Shown here one piece after another: positions 47,812 to 56,887 of a DNA stretch of 60,615 nucleotides. Origin of the DNA: Candidatus Hydrogenedentota bacterium (GTDB lineage: Bacteria; Hydrogenedentota; Hydrogenedentia; Hydrogenedentales; GCA-2746185); NCBI GenBank assembly GCA_046583315.1, contig JAYGCN010000127.1, positions 1-60,615 of the forward strand, in the 5' to 3' direction. The stretch's first letter is position 1, and each line of letters starts with the position of its first letter. The notes under the pieces are model-generated. The model ran no database searches. It was not told where the DNA came from and was given only the letters and a program-made list of their open reading frames with translations. Position numbers and translations under genes: made by a program.

Positions 47812-49983
47812 TTATTCAATGATGAACCAGGTGAAGCTTTTTTGGGGCATATTTAGTTGTAGGGTGATTTTGTGGTTGCGGTTTAGGGTGACCGTGCGCG
47901 GGGTGCCTTCTTGTTCGCGAATGTTTGCGGTGTTGGTGAGGCCGGTGTAGTAGAGGTTTGGGGTGATGGTGCGTGTTACGGATTGGTTGAGGGGGTTGTA
48001 GGCGACCAGCATGCCTTTGTGTTGGAGCGTGGGGTTGACGTGGAGCATCCAGTCGATGTCGCGACCGTCGGCGCGTCGACCGTGGACCATGTCGCTCTCG
48101 AGGATGTCGCGGTATTTTTTGTACCAGTCGACGGTGTCTTGCACCATGGTTTTGGTGGCGTCGGTGTCGAAGAGGCGGGGTCCGCGGTAGCAGGCTTGCA
48201 CGCCCATGCCGAGATTGCCGTGCATCATCGCTTGGTAGTGATCGAGATGTTCGTTGAGGGGTTCAATAGTCGCTGCTTCTCCGCCGCCGTGGTATTCGGT
48301 GAGGGGCACAAACATCCACCCCATGCTGCCGGTTTTTTCCCAGGCACCGTCGTAGATATTTTGGCGTGTATGGATGACCTGTTGCGCACGCGGCAATGAC
48401 CAGTTGACTTCGCGGTAGCCCATGCCGCATTTGTTGGACCCCGCGAGGTAGTAGTAGTCCGGTACGTTGAGATAGATGCCCTGTCCGCGACACCATTTGT
48501 AGAAGTCAGAGATTGTTTTGAATTGATTCCAGCGTGAGTCGCCGTAGCCCTTGTGTCCGGGGTGGTCTTGGGAGGTGCAGGGATCGCCGGGGTATGAGCC
48601 GTCATGTTCGAGCAAGTTGAAGCCGGTTTTTTCGTAGAAGTTGTAGAGCTTTTTGAAATAATTCTGTCCCCATTGGCTGTGAATGCAGGGCGAATTGCCG
48701 AAGGTGGGTTTTAATCCTTCGGGCATGATGACGTCGTGTTTTTTGCTGATGGAACGCGATGCGAGCAGTGAGTAGCCGCCGAGTTCGACGCCTTTTTCGT
48801 GTGCGTAGTCGGCATATTCCTTCATCTTGGCAATGTACTCGTCGCTGTCGTCTTCGATGTTGAAGCCGCTGCCGAAAGTGAGGATGACCATCTCGAATCC
48901 GGCTTCGGAGGCTTGATCGATGGCGACTTTCAGGCGTTCCCAATCGGAGAAACGCGCGTGCATCATTAATGGGTTCTCTGTGCTCCAGGGAGCAAGCGTT
49001 CGGTAGATGCGTTTCTGCGCGAGGCCCATGCGTTCGCGATCATAGCTGTCCTGCGGCATGACGAAGGTGTAGAAAGAGTCGAAGGAGTCGCCGGGTGCGA
49101 TGGTTTGTTCAGGGCCGATTTCGGGGCGTACGTTGAGAAGACAGGGTGTCAGGCGGAGGTAGTTTACCTGGCTGGAATACTCGGGGTCGGTCTCCCAATG
49201 CACGACGTGATGGTTCGCATCGTTGGTGTTGAAACTGGCGAAGGCGTAATCGGTTTCCACGTGGATGTTGGGTCGCGGCACGATGAATTTGCGGGCTTCG
49301 ACGGCGGACCCGTATTCGACGGCGGCGAGGATTTCGCTGGTGAAGGAATTGAGCGTGATGGGTTTCTTGCTGCTGTTATGCACCGTGATGCGTTTACTGA
49401 TGACGGGGATGCCGTCGTAGAGTTCGTACTGTACGGACACGCGAACATTTTTATGCTTCCCGAAGCCAGGTGCGCGGTAATCCATACGCAATGACACCCC
49501 TTTCGGTGGCCAGACGGCGTTGGGTGCGTGATGGCGAACTCGTTTCCAGGCCATGCGCTCGGTGGGTTGCCCGACTTCGTAGCCGGTGAATTGGAAGGCC
49601 TCCGGGTTTGCGGTGAGGTCGTCGAGCCATTCGGGGAGGAGGTAGGCGTAGTTGGGTTGGCCTTTGAGTCCGCCAACTTCGTACAGAATGCCGTCGAGGG
49701 TGACAAGGGCTTCGGGTTTCACGCCGCGCAGGATTGATTCGCCGGTGACGAGATTGTCGAAGCCGACGGTTGCGGCGTTGGGTGCGATGCGAAAGGTGCG
49801 GCGAATGAGGCCGTTCGACAGGGCGATTTCGTCGGGATGTTCACCTTGGTAGACGTCTGCTGTGTAGCTTGAATTGTCGATGAGCCAGTCGCTGGTGTTG
49901 CGCGCGGGTTCGGTGTGAAGCGTTTGAGTCCAGGCAGGAGTTGCGAGGACAAGGAAGGACAGGATTAGACGTGCGATGCGCAT
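47812..49983 (-). CDS. Secreted glycoside hydrolase-like protein (alpha-galactosidase/GH36-like TIM barrel)
   Basis: Signal peptide; N-terminal beta-sandwich region, FGSGF, LLEHDGSYPGD; family assignment tentative. Confidence 0.6.
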   Translation of the reverse strand: MRIARLILSFLVLATPAWTQTLHTEPARNTSDWLIDNSSYTADVYQGEHPDEIALSNGLIRRTFRIAPNAATVGFDNLVTGESILRGVKPEALVTLDGILYEVGGLKGQPNYAYLLPEWLDDLTANPEAFQFTGYEVGQPTERMAWKRVRHHAPNAVWPPKGVSLRMDYRAPGFGKHKNVRVSVQYELYDGIPVISKRITVHNSSKKPITLNSFTSEILAAVEYGSAVEARKFIVPRPNIHVETDYAFASFNTNDANHHVVHWETDPEYSSQVNYLRLTPCLLNVRPEIGPEQTIAPGDSFDSFYTFVMPQDSYDRERMGLAQKRIYRTLAPWSTENPLMMHARFSDWERLKVAIDQASEAGFEMVILTFGSGFNIEDDSDEYIAKMKEYADYAHEKGVELGGYSLLASRSISKKHDVIMPEGLKPTFGNSPCIHSQWGQNYFKKLYNFYEKTGFNLLEHDGSYPGDPCTSQDHPGHKGYGDSRWNQFKTISDFYKWCRGQGIYLNVPDYYYLAGSNKCGMGYREVNWSLPRAQQVIHTRQNIYDGAWEKTGSMGWMFVPLTEYHGGGEAATIEPLNEHLDHYQAMMHGNLGMGVQACYRGPRLFDTDATKTMVQDTVDWYKKYRDILESDMVHGRRADGRDIDWMLHVNPTLQHKGMLVAYNPLNQSVTRTITPNLYYTGLTNTANIREQEGTPRTVTLNRNHKITLQLNMPQKSFTWFIIE

Positions 49984-50123
49984 AGAGGACTCCGGGGGTT
50001 CGTGAATGGAGAAATTGTATCACTTTCGTGGCGTCCGGTGGAATGGATGCTTGTGCAATCGAGGGTCGGTGCAGTAGGATGTAGATTGGCTTTATTTTAC
50101 AACGAATCAAAGGAACAAACGCC

Positions 50124-51011
50124 ATGAATCGACGCCAATTTATGATGACTTCTGCCCTTGCGGCTGCCGGCACCGTTGCGGGATTTACGTCTGATGCGCA
50201 TGCAGCGGATCGCAAGCTGATCAAATCGTTGAAGATGGGCATGATCACGTCCAAAGATAAAGACGGCAAGCCGTTGAGTATTCATGATCGACTCAAGATT
50301 GCGAAGAAGGCGGGTTTTGAGAGTGTTGAACCGGACACGATCTTTCGCGACAAGGATCTCGCTGCATATGCAAAGGCGTCGGAGAAACTGGATTTCCCGA
50401 TTGACGGGATTATCTGCTCGACGCACTGGGGCAAGCCCCTGAGTGATCCGGACCCGGAAGTTTTTGAGCAGACGATGAAGGGCATGCGCACGAGCATGGA
50501 GAACGCGAAGGCACTGGGTGGGGACATGGTGTTGCTGGTGCCGGCGGTGGTGAATCCGCAGGTGCAGTATAAGGATGCGTGGACGCGTGCGGTGGAGCGC
50601 ACGAAGCGGTTGGCGGAAGATGCGGAACGTCTGAACATTACGATTGGTATTGAGAATGTCTGGAACAAGTTTCTGCTGAGTCCTCTCGAGGCTGCGGCGT
50701 TTATTGACGAGATTGACAGCAAGTATGTGAAGTTCTGGTTCGATATCGGCAACGTGGTGCAGTTTGGCTATCCCGAAGATTGGATTCGAACGCTGGGTGA
50801 TCGCATCGCGCGGCTGGATGTGAAAGATTTCAAGCGTGGCAACAATAGTTTCGTGCCGTTGACGAAGGGCGATGTCGACTGGAAAGCGGTGATGACGGCC
50901 ATTGATGAAATCGGTTTCGAAGGCTACGCTGCTGCGGAAGTGTCCGGCGGCGATCTCGATTATTTGACGGATATGGTGTCGAAACCGATGGACACGATTT
51001 TTGCGTTGTAG
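50124..51011 (+). CDS. Tat-exported sugar-phosphate isomerase/epimerase-like (AP endonuclease 2 TIM barrel)
   Basis: NRRQF Tat motif; IENVWNKFLLSP, FDIGN, VKDF, GDVDW, AAEV. Confidence 0.88.
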   Translation: MNRRQFMMTSALAAAGTVAGFTSDAHAADRKLIKSLKMGMITSKDKDGKPLSIHDRLKIAKKAGFESVEPDTIFRDKDLAAYAKASEKLDFPIDGIICSTHWGKPLSDPDPEVFEQTMKGMRTSMENAKALGGDMVLLVPAVVNPQVQYKDAWTRAVERTKRLAEDAERLNITIGIENVWNKFLLSPLEAAAFIDEIDSKYVKFWFDIGNVVQFGYPEDWIRTLGDRIARLDVKDFKRGNNSFVPLTKGDVDWKAVMTAIDEIGFEGYAAAEVSGGDLDYLTDMVSKPMDTIFAL

Positions 51012-51034
51012 TTTGCTGGGAGGCATAAAGGCTA

Positions 51035-51063
51035 TTGACAGGCATCGCCAAGCGGTTTAGAAT
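51035..51063 (+). promoter_or_regulatory. Sigma70 promoter for the sugar dehydrogenase gene
   Basis: TTGACA-17 nt-TAGAAT. Confidence 0.7.
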
Positions 51064-51154
51064 CAGTGACGTTCGGCTGTATCGGAATAATTCCTTCGTT
51101 TCTGAGGTTCTATGAATCAGGACTCCAGTATGGGAGAGATGGAGTGTTCAATCG

Positions 51155-52651
51155 ATGAAGAGCATGGTGCGTGTAACAGTGGCTGTTTGTGTGGCGACGT
51201 GGTTTGCAGGGTTCGCATACCACGGTGCCGCTGTGGAGTTGGGTCGAACGGAGATCGCTTCGGGTCTGACGACTCCTGTGTTTGTGGGAGCTCCACCGGG
51301 CGATTCGAGCCGGATTTTTGTCGTTGAGCAGCCCGGTACGATCAAAATAACTACGCTTGCGGATAATACAGTTCTGGGAACGGATTTTCTGGATATCAGT
51401 TCGCGCGTTGACGACACAAAGAATGAGCAGGGGCTTCTTGGTCTGGCGTTTCATCCCAATTACGCGGTCAACGGTTATTTCTACCTGAATTACATTAGCC
51501 ATGTTAGTGGCGACGTTGACATTACGCACATCTCGCGTTTCACGGCGATTGGGGGGCCTGATTTTTTGACAGCGACTACGGCCGATCCAGATTCTGAAGT
51601 CGTCATCCTGTCCTACGGTCAACCTCAGTGGAATCACAACGGCGGCATGCTGGCCTTTGAGCCCAGGGGCGACCTGAAAGCGTATCTCTACATTGCATCG
51701 GGCGACGGCGGCGGCGCGAACGATACCCATGGAGCCTTCGGGAATGGTCAGAATCTGAACACGCTGTTGGGCAAGATCCTGCGTATTGATGTGGATGAGG
51801 ACGGTGAAGGTGCTGGAACGGGCGGGAGGAACTATGACATTCCACCGGGTAACCCGAACCTGGGCGGGCTACCGGAGATTTGGTCTTATGGCTTGCGCAA
51901 TCCCTATCGCATGAGTTTTGACCGGTTGAACGGTGACCTTTACATTGCGGATGTCGGGCAGTTTATCTGGGAGGAAATTGATCATCAACTGGGGTCGAGC
52001 AACGGCGGCGAGAATTACGGGTGGCGGTTGAAGGAGGGGCCGGCTTGTTTTAATCCGAGTTCGGGCTGCGATCCGGGCGGGCTGACCGAGCCGGTATTCA
52101 GTTATGACCATGCGAACGATGGCGGTTTGGCGGTGATTGGTGGGTATGCCTATCGGGGCGCGGACATCCCTTTTATTGAGGGTCATTATATTTTTGCTGA
52201 TGTGTCGGGCATTGCCAAGACATTGTTGTCGAATGGAACGAGCGCGTCGCTGGTGCAGGATTGGGCGACACCGTTGCAGACGGGCAATATCTCGTCGTTC
52301 GGCGAGGACGATTCGGGTGAATTGTATTTTACGATCCGCGGATTCACGGGGCAGTCAAACGGCTTCGTCTACAAGATAATTCCGACGAACAACGCATCGA
52401 TTCGGGTGGATTTCGATGCGTCCGGGTTGATGAAGGGTGATGCAGCCAATCCTTTTGATTTGTTGGATACGGGGGTGCGATCGGTGTCTGATGGCGGCAC
52501 GATCACCCTAGTGGGGAATTCGGCGGTCACGGAATCGAACGAGCAACTGACACTCAATCGCGCGATGACGTTAACGGCTATCAATGGGAGTGTGCGCATC
52601 GGCGTGGCACCTGCGGATGCCAATCCGGAAGGATACAAAACACGGTCATGA
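51155..52651 (+). CDS. PQQ-dependent sugar dehydrogenase (glucose/sorbosone family) with C-terminal extension
   Basis: EQGLLGLAFHP, NHNGG, GDGG, LLGKILRID, GLRNPYR, DVGQ, NYGW, ISSFGED. Confidence 0.9.
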   Translation: MKSMVRVTVAVCVATWFAGFAYHGAAVELGRTEIASGLTTPVFVGAPPGDSSRIFVVEQPGTIKITTLADNTVLGTDFLDISSRVDDTKNEQGLLGLAFHPNYAVNGYFYLNYISHVSGDVDITHISRFTAIGGPDFLTATTADPDSEVVILSYGQPQWNHNGGMLAFEPRGDLKAYLYIASGDGGGANDTHGAFGNGQNLNTLLGKILRIDVDEDGEGAGTGGRNYDIPPGNPNLGGLPEIWSYGLRNPYRMSFDRLNGDLYIADVGQFIWEEIDHQLGSSNGGENYGWRLKEGPACFNPSSGCDPGGLTEPVFSYDHANDGGLAVIGGYAYRGADIPFIEGHYIFADVSGIAKTLLSNGTSASLVQDWATPLQTGNISSFGEDDSGELYFTIRGFTGQSNGFVYKIIPTNNASIRVDFDASGLMKGDAANPFDLLDTGVRSVSDGGTITLVGNSAVTESNEQLTLNRAMTLTAINGSVRIGVAPADANPEGYKTRS

Positions 52652-52851
52652 AACATCTCATGAGGACATAACATTCGAATTTTATGGCTTTAGTTGCGCT
52701 GTCAGTTTCTGCGGCGACGGCGCAGGTGCTCGATCCGGATAATGTGTATGTGAATGCGTCGGGGTCCGTTTTCATTGGCCTTACGCTGGATCTGCCGGAT
52801 GCTTTTACAACCTTCGTAACGCGTGAGATTCCCATTCGAATTACTGAGTAG
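52648..52851 (+). pseudogene. Probable remnant of a secreted-protein gene
   Basis: ATG overlaps the upstream stop (ATGA); in-frame TAA after MKHLMRT; then signal-like MALVALSVSAATAQ and about 40 aa before a stop inside the convergent gene. Confidence 0.4.
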
Positions 52852-54619
52852 CAGGCTCTGGGTAGGGTTTCAGGAGAATCCAGACGGGTTGATGATCAGC
52901 TGGTGACTCTTCCGGCGAGACGAATTTTATCTCATTGTTGGAAGTGCCGCTCCATCGGAACACGATTCCGTTGGCATTCTTGAAATCTGGATTCTCGGTG
53001 AAGGCATCAGTCAGGTCGATCAGTGCACCCCCTGCCCTCCATCGCCTGGCGAGTTTCTCCGCGGATTTTGCCCATATTGGTTTGGTGGCATCGTAACCGG
53101 GCTCGTCGTAATCCAGTTTGGAATCTTCATCATCAAAGGGATCGATATCGGTCATGAGGAAGGCTTGTAGCGAGACACCCATGGTATTGATGTTTGAACG
53201 GAATCCCCATATTCCAAGCAATAGTTTGTATCCTTCGGGTATCGTCGTTGGCGCATTTTTCAGGGAGAAGACTTTGGCATTCAGGGAACCGTTCCAGTCG
53301 CGTTTTTGCGCAATATCGAAATCTTTTGAGTGCAGTCGGATTTTCCCGTCGCGCTGTTCGAGCGTGCGGCCGGCTTCAAGCAACGCGGCGGATTCAATCG
53401 CGTGTTCTCCGTAGGTGCTTGTAACGTAACCGGGAAACCACGAGAATTGAGAGGGTAGATTGTTCTGACTATTCTGAAGCGCGCGTCCGTTGAAGTTGTG
53501 CGCTTCGAGCAGGGAGTCGTTGAGCTCGAGGGAGAGGGATATTGGATCGCCAGACGTGAATAATACTTCTTCATTCAATCGGGTATCGGTACGTGTGTCG
53601 CCACTGCCAGAAAGAAGTTGTATCCATGGGGCATCTTGATTTCCCGAATCTTGCGTATATGCAAAAAATGCCACGCCAAATTCGATGCGGTTCCCATAAA
53701 CTTCTGTTAATCGGTCGCCTGCCTTGTATTTATTTTCGAATTTCTCATCTTGCACCTGAAATACGCCATCCTTCGTAATCAGCATCTTGTTGCGGTCGGG
53801 ACTGCGCCGTGCACCCCTTAAAACAGGTCCAAAATCGCCTTCGAACCAGTGTTCTCCTTCGTGATTCCAGTACGTGGACAGGGTGGCGAGAAGTTTCAGA
53901 TCATCAAGGCCCTCAATTTTTGGGAACGGTGAACGGGCGTCTATTGGTGTCGGAGTGTCGGGTGGCACAGCGATATGAATCGTTTTTGTACCGTCGCCTT
54001 TGTAGATGGTGAAACTTCGCCGGGAAACCAGCCCCGATATGGGGTCTTTGAGATTGGCGATATGATTTCCGGCTGCGATAGGGCCGAATTCGGAACTCCC
54101 CTGGTCGTCGGTGCGGCTGCGAAGGTGGGACGTTTCGGCATTAAAGAATGCGCCTTCGATGTTCACAAGAATATCTTCGGCAAGAGGACCATCGACGGAG
54201 CCGCGGTGCAGGATGAATTCTACCTTGGGGTCTTGTTGTTCGGTGAGCGGTGTGTTGAGACGATTGATGGCGCCGAGCAGTGCGGTGTTGGATGATTGCA
54301 TGTTTCGATAGAAGATGGTCATGAAGGCCATGACGCCGAGGCAGAGTACTACGTTGACGATGATTTGAATCCAATCTTTCATGATGGTTCCATTCATGGC
54401 GTCCCACCACAAGTTGCGCGCAATAGCGGCGGGGTTGCCAAATTTGTTGAGGATGTTTTTGCGAATTTGAGTGTCGTCGTTTATTCCGGAATCGACTTCG
54501 CGTTCTGCGGCCATTGCGAGATGGTCGGAGAGTTCGTCGAGGATATCCCGGCGCAGACTGAGGGGTTCCTTGTGGCGTTTCGGGGGGAATCCTTGTTCAG
54601 TGTCGTTAGACCAGTCCAC
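52841..54619 (-). CDS. PadR-partner membrane protein (permease-prefix-like N-terminus, 1 TM, large extracytoplasmic region)
   Basis: RRDILDELSDHL...FGNPAAIARNL; GTG 54619 with GGAG RBS overlapping the padR end. Confidence 0.75.
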   Translation of the reverse strand: MDWSNDTEQGFPPKRHKEPLSLRRDILDELSDHLAMAAEREVDSGINDDTQIRKNILNKFGNPAAIARNLWWDAMNGTIMKDWIQIIVNVVLCLGVMAFMTIFYRNMQSSNTALLGAINRLNTPLTEQQDPKVEFILHRGSVDGPLAEDILVNIEGAFFNAETSHLRSRTDDQGSSEFGPIAAGNHIANLKDPISGLVSRRSFTIYKGDGTKTIHIAVPPDTPTPIDARSPFPKIEGLDDLKLLATLSTYWNHEGEHWFEGDFGPVLRGARRSPDRNKMLITKDGVFQVQDEKFENKYKAGDRLTEVYGNRIEFGVAFFAYTQDSGNQDAPWIQLLSGSGDTRTDTRLNEEVLFTSGDPISLSLELNDSLLEAHNFNGRALQNSQNNLPSQFSWFPGYVTSTYGEHAIESAALLEAGRTLEQRDGKIRLHSKDFDIAQKRDWNGSLNAKVFSLKNAPTTIPEGYKLLLGIWGFRSNINTMGVSLQAFLMTDIDPFDDEDSKLDYDEPGYDATKPIWAKSAEKLARRWRAGGALIDLTDAFTENPDFKNANGIVFRWSGTSNNEIKFVSPEESPADHQPVWILLKPYPEPATQ

Positions 54620-54944
54620 GGTTTGGGACTCCGAGGATGCCGTTGACACCGACGCTGAATTCTTGCCATTCGTTTTTTCGTTTTTCGAGGGCGTTCTTGC
54701 CGGAGGCGGTGATGCGGTAGTATTTTCGGCGACGTCCGGTCTCGGCTTTGTCCCAGTGGGCTTCGAGCAGTCCATCGCGCTCGAGGCGGTGGAGTGCGGG
54801 ATAAAGGCTGCCTTCTTTGAGCTGGAAGTAGCCTTCGGATCGTTTGAGTACGTCCTGGGTGATGCGGTAGCCGTAGGTGGATTCGGGTAAAATGACCTGT
54901 AGAATCAGCATGTCTACAGTGCCGGAGAGTAGTTTGGGGTCCAT
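54606..54944 (-). CDS. PadR family transcriptional regulator
   Basis: YGYRI, EGSLYPALHRLERDGLL, RRRKYYRIT. Confidence 0.93.
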   Translation of the reverse strand: MDPKLLSGTVDMLILQVILPESTYGYRITQDVLKRSEGYFQLKEGSLYPALHRLERDGLLEAHWDKAETGRRRKYYRITASGKNALEKRKNEWQEFSVGVNGILGVPNRGLV

Positions 54945-54979
54945 TTTGGGGCTCCTTTCGCGTGATACCTTGTTAAGCT

Positions 54980-55014
54980 ATACATAGACTAGCGATGTAT
55001 CTATGATTTGTCAA
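54980..55014 (-). promoter_or_regulatory. padR promoter with overlapping palindromic operator
   Basis: Minus strand TTGACA (55014-55009)-17 nt-TAGTCT; ATACAT-N9-ATGTAT palindrome 54980-55000 spans the -10. Confidence 0.7.
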
Positions 55015-55025
55015 GAATTTTTTTA

Positions 55026-55052
55026 CCACGAAGGTCGCGAAGAACACGAAGG
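55026..55052 (+). repeat. 9-nt period tandem repeat (NC[A/G]CGAAG[A/G]) x3
   Basis: ccacgaagg tcgcgaaga acacgaagg. Confidence 0.7.
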
Positions 55053-55103
55053 ACAAGAAACCACGCTGTTGACTGCCGATTCGCAACTCGGTAGAGTCGG
55101 TTT

Positions 55104-56738
55104 ATGAAACGATTCTTCCTTTCCTTTTTGATCTTCTTGTGCGGTTCTTCTCTCCTGTCGAGTGCGGATGAGTTTTCTGCGGATGTTGTCGTGTATGGCG
55201 GCACGTCTTCGGGGGTGGTGGCGGCGGTGCAGGCGGCGACGATGGGGAAGTCGGTGATTCTTGTCGGGCCGGATAAACATCTTGGGGGATTGACGTCGGG
55301 CGGATTGGGGTTTACGGATTCGGGTAATACGGGGGCGGTGGGTGGTCTGGCGCGGGAATTTTATCATCGGGTGTGGGTGGCGTATCAGTCGGAAGGTGCG
55401 TGGAACTGGCAGAAGCGTGCGTCGTATACGAATCGGGGTCAGGGCACGAAGGCCATCGTGGATGAAGATGAGACGATGTGGATTTTCGAGCCGCATGTGG
55501 CCGAGCGCATTTTTGACGGGTGGGTCGGGGCCTTGAAAATCCCGGTGCATCGTGATGAATGGTTGGACCGCGAGAAGGGTGTTGCGAAAGATGGAAATCG
55601 CATCACGTCGATCACGATGCTGAGCGGCAATACCTATCGCGCGAAGATGTTTATTGATGCGACCTACGAAGGCGACCTGATGGCGGCGGCGGGGGTGTCG
55701 TATCATGTGGGGCGTGAAGGCCGCGCGGTGTATGGCGAGGAGTGGAACGGCGTGCAGGTGGGGGTATTGCATCATCGGCATCATTTCAAGACGGATGTGT
55801 CGCCGTATGTGATTCCCGGTGACTCGGAGAGTGGCGTATTGCCGGGGATTTCGACGGAGCCGCCGGGTGACAAATATGCGAGCGACAATAAGGTGCAGGC
55901 GTATTGTTATCGCATGTGCCTGACGAATCATGCGCCGAATCGGATGCCGTTTCCGAAACCGGAAGGGTATGATTCTGCGCAGTACGCGTTGCTGGCTCGG
56001 ATTTTCAAGACGGGGTGGCGCGAGACTTTTCAGAAGTTCGACGAGATTCCAAATCACAAAACGGACACGAATAATCACGGGCCGATGAGCACGGATAACA
56101 TAGGGATGAATTATGATTATCCGGATGCGAGTTATGAACGGCGTGCGGAAATTTTGGAGGAACATCGAAACTATCAGCAGGGGCTGCTGTATTTCATGTC
56201 GAACGACCCGGGTGTGCCGAAAGACGTTCGTGTAGCGATGAGCAAGTGGGGGTTCGCGAAAGACGAGTTCGTGGATAACGGGAATTGGCCGCATCAGATT
56301 TATGTACGTGAAGCGCGGCGCATGGTGGGCGAATACGTGATGACGGAACAAAATACGATGGGGACGCGGTGGGTGCCGCAGCCGGTGGGTATGGGGTCGT
56401 ATTCGCTGGATTCGCACAATGTACAGCGGTACATCAAGGCGGATGGTTTTGTGCAGAATGAGGGGGACATCGGCGTGAAACCGAAAGCGGGGTCGTATCG
56501 GATTGCGTACGGGAGTCTCACGCCGAAGCAGGAGGAATGCGGGAATCTGCTGGTGCCGGTGAGCCTGTCGAGTTCGCATATCGCCTTTGGTTCGATTCGT
56601 ATGGAGCCGGTGTTTATGTTGCTGGGTCAAAGCGCGGCTACAGCGGCGGTGTTTGCGATTGATGCCGAGGTGGATGTGCAGGAGGTGGACTATGAAAGCC
56701 TTCGAAAACGGTTGGTCGCCGACGGGCAACACTTGTGA
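55104..56738 (+). CDS. Secreted FAD-dependent oxidoreductase (FAD_oxidored family)
   Basis: VVVYGGTSSG, GGLTSGGLG, IDATYEGDL, YVREARR, SHIAFGSIRMEP. Confidence 0.88.
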   Translation: MKRFFLSFLIFLCGSSLLSSADEFSADVVVYGGTSSGVVAAVQAATMGKSVILVGPDKHLGGLTSGGLGFTDSGNTGAVGGLAREFYHRVWVAYQSEGAWNWQKRASYTNRGQGTKAIVDEDETMWIFEPHVAERIFDGWVGALKIPVHRDEWLDREKGVAKDGNRITSITMLSGNTYRAKMFIDATYEGDLMAAAGVSYHVGREGRAVYGEEWNGVQVGVLHHRHHFKTDVSPYVIPGDSESGVLPGISTEPPGDKYASDNKVQAYCYRMCLTNHAPNRMPFPKPEGYDSAQYALLARIFKTGWRETFQKFDEIPNHKTDTNNHGPMSTDNIGMNYDYPDASYERRAEILEEHRNYQQGLLYFMSNDPGVPKDVRVAMSKWGFAKDEFVDNGNWPHQIYVREARRMVGEYVMTEQNTMGTRWVPQPVGMGSYSLDSHNVQRYIKADGFVQNEGDIGVKPKAGSYRIAYGSLTPKQEECGNLLVPVSLSSSHIAFGSIRMEPVFMLLGQSAATAAVFAIDAEVDVQEVDYESLRKRLVADGQHL

Positions 56739-56803
56739 ACCGCTCTTACCTTTCTTTCAAGAAAGGTAAGACCAAAGAAAGCCGAGAAATACTTTGTATT
56801 TCT
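56736..56803 (+). repeat. Palindromic intergenic element, copy D
   Basis: TGAACCGCTCTTACCTTTCTT-TC-AAGAAAGGTAAGACCAAAGAAA plus AGAAATAC-TTT-GTATTTCT hairpin. Confidence 0.8.
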
Positions 56804-56887
56804 GATGGGAGATACGTGGGGTGATTTTTCGCTATACTATTTGTTTCAACCTGTTTAATTTTGATACGAATAGAAAGTGGATGCATT

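Noticed and set aside
54620..54775. N-terminal extension of the 644-aa ORF
   Set aside because: Overlaps padR in another frame; an RBS-supported GTG lies at 54619
55023..56732. 569-aa minus-strand ORF
   Set aside because: Antisense shadow of the FAD oxidoreductase; R/H/P-rich with no motifs. The same applies to 12059-12670, 26003-26827, 28213-29097, 30611-31507, 50097-51026 and 58244-59131.
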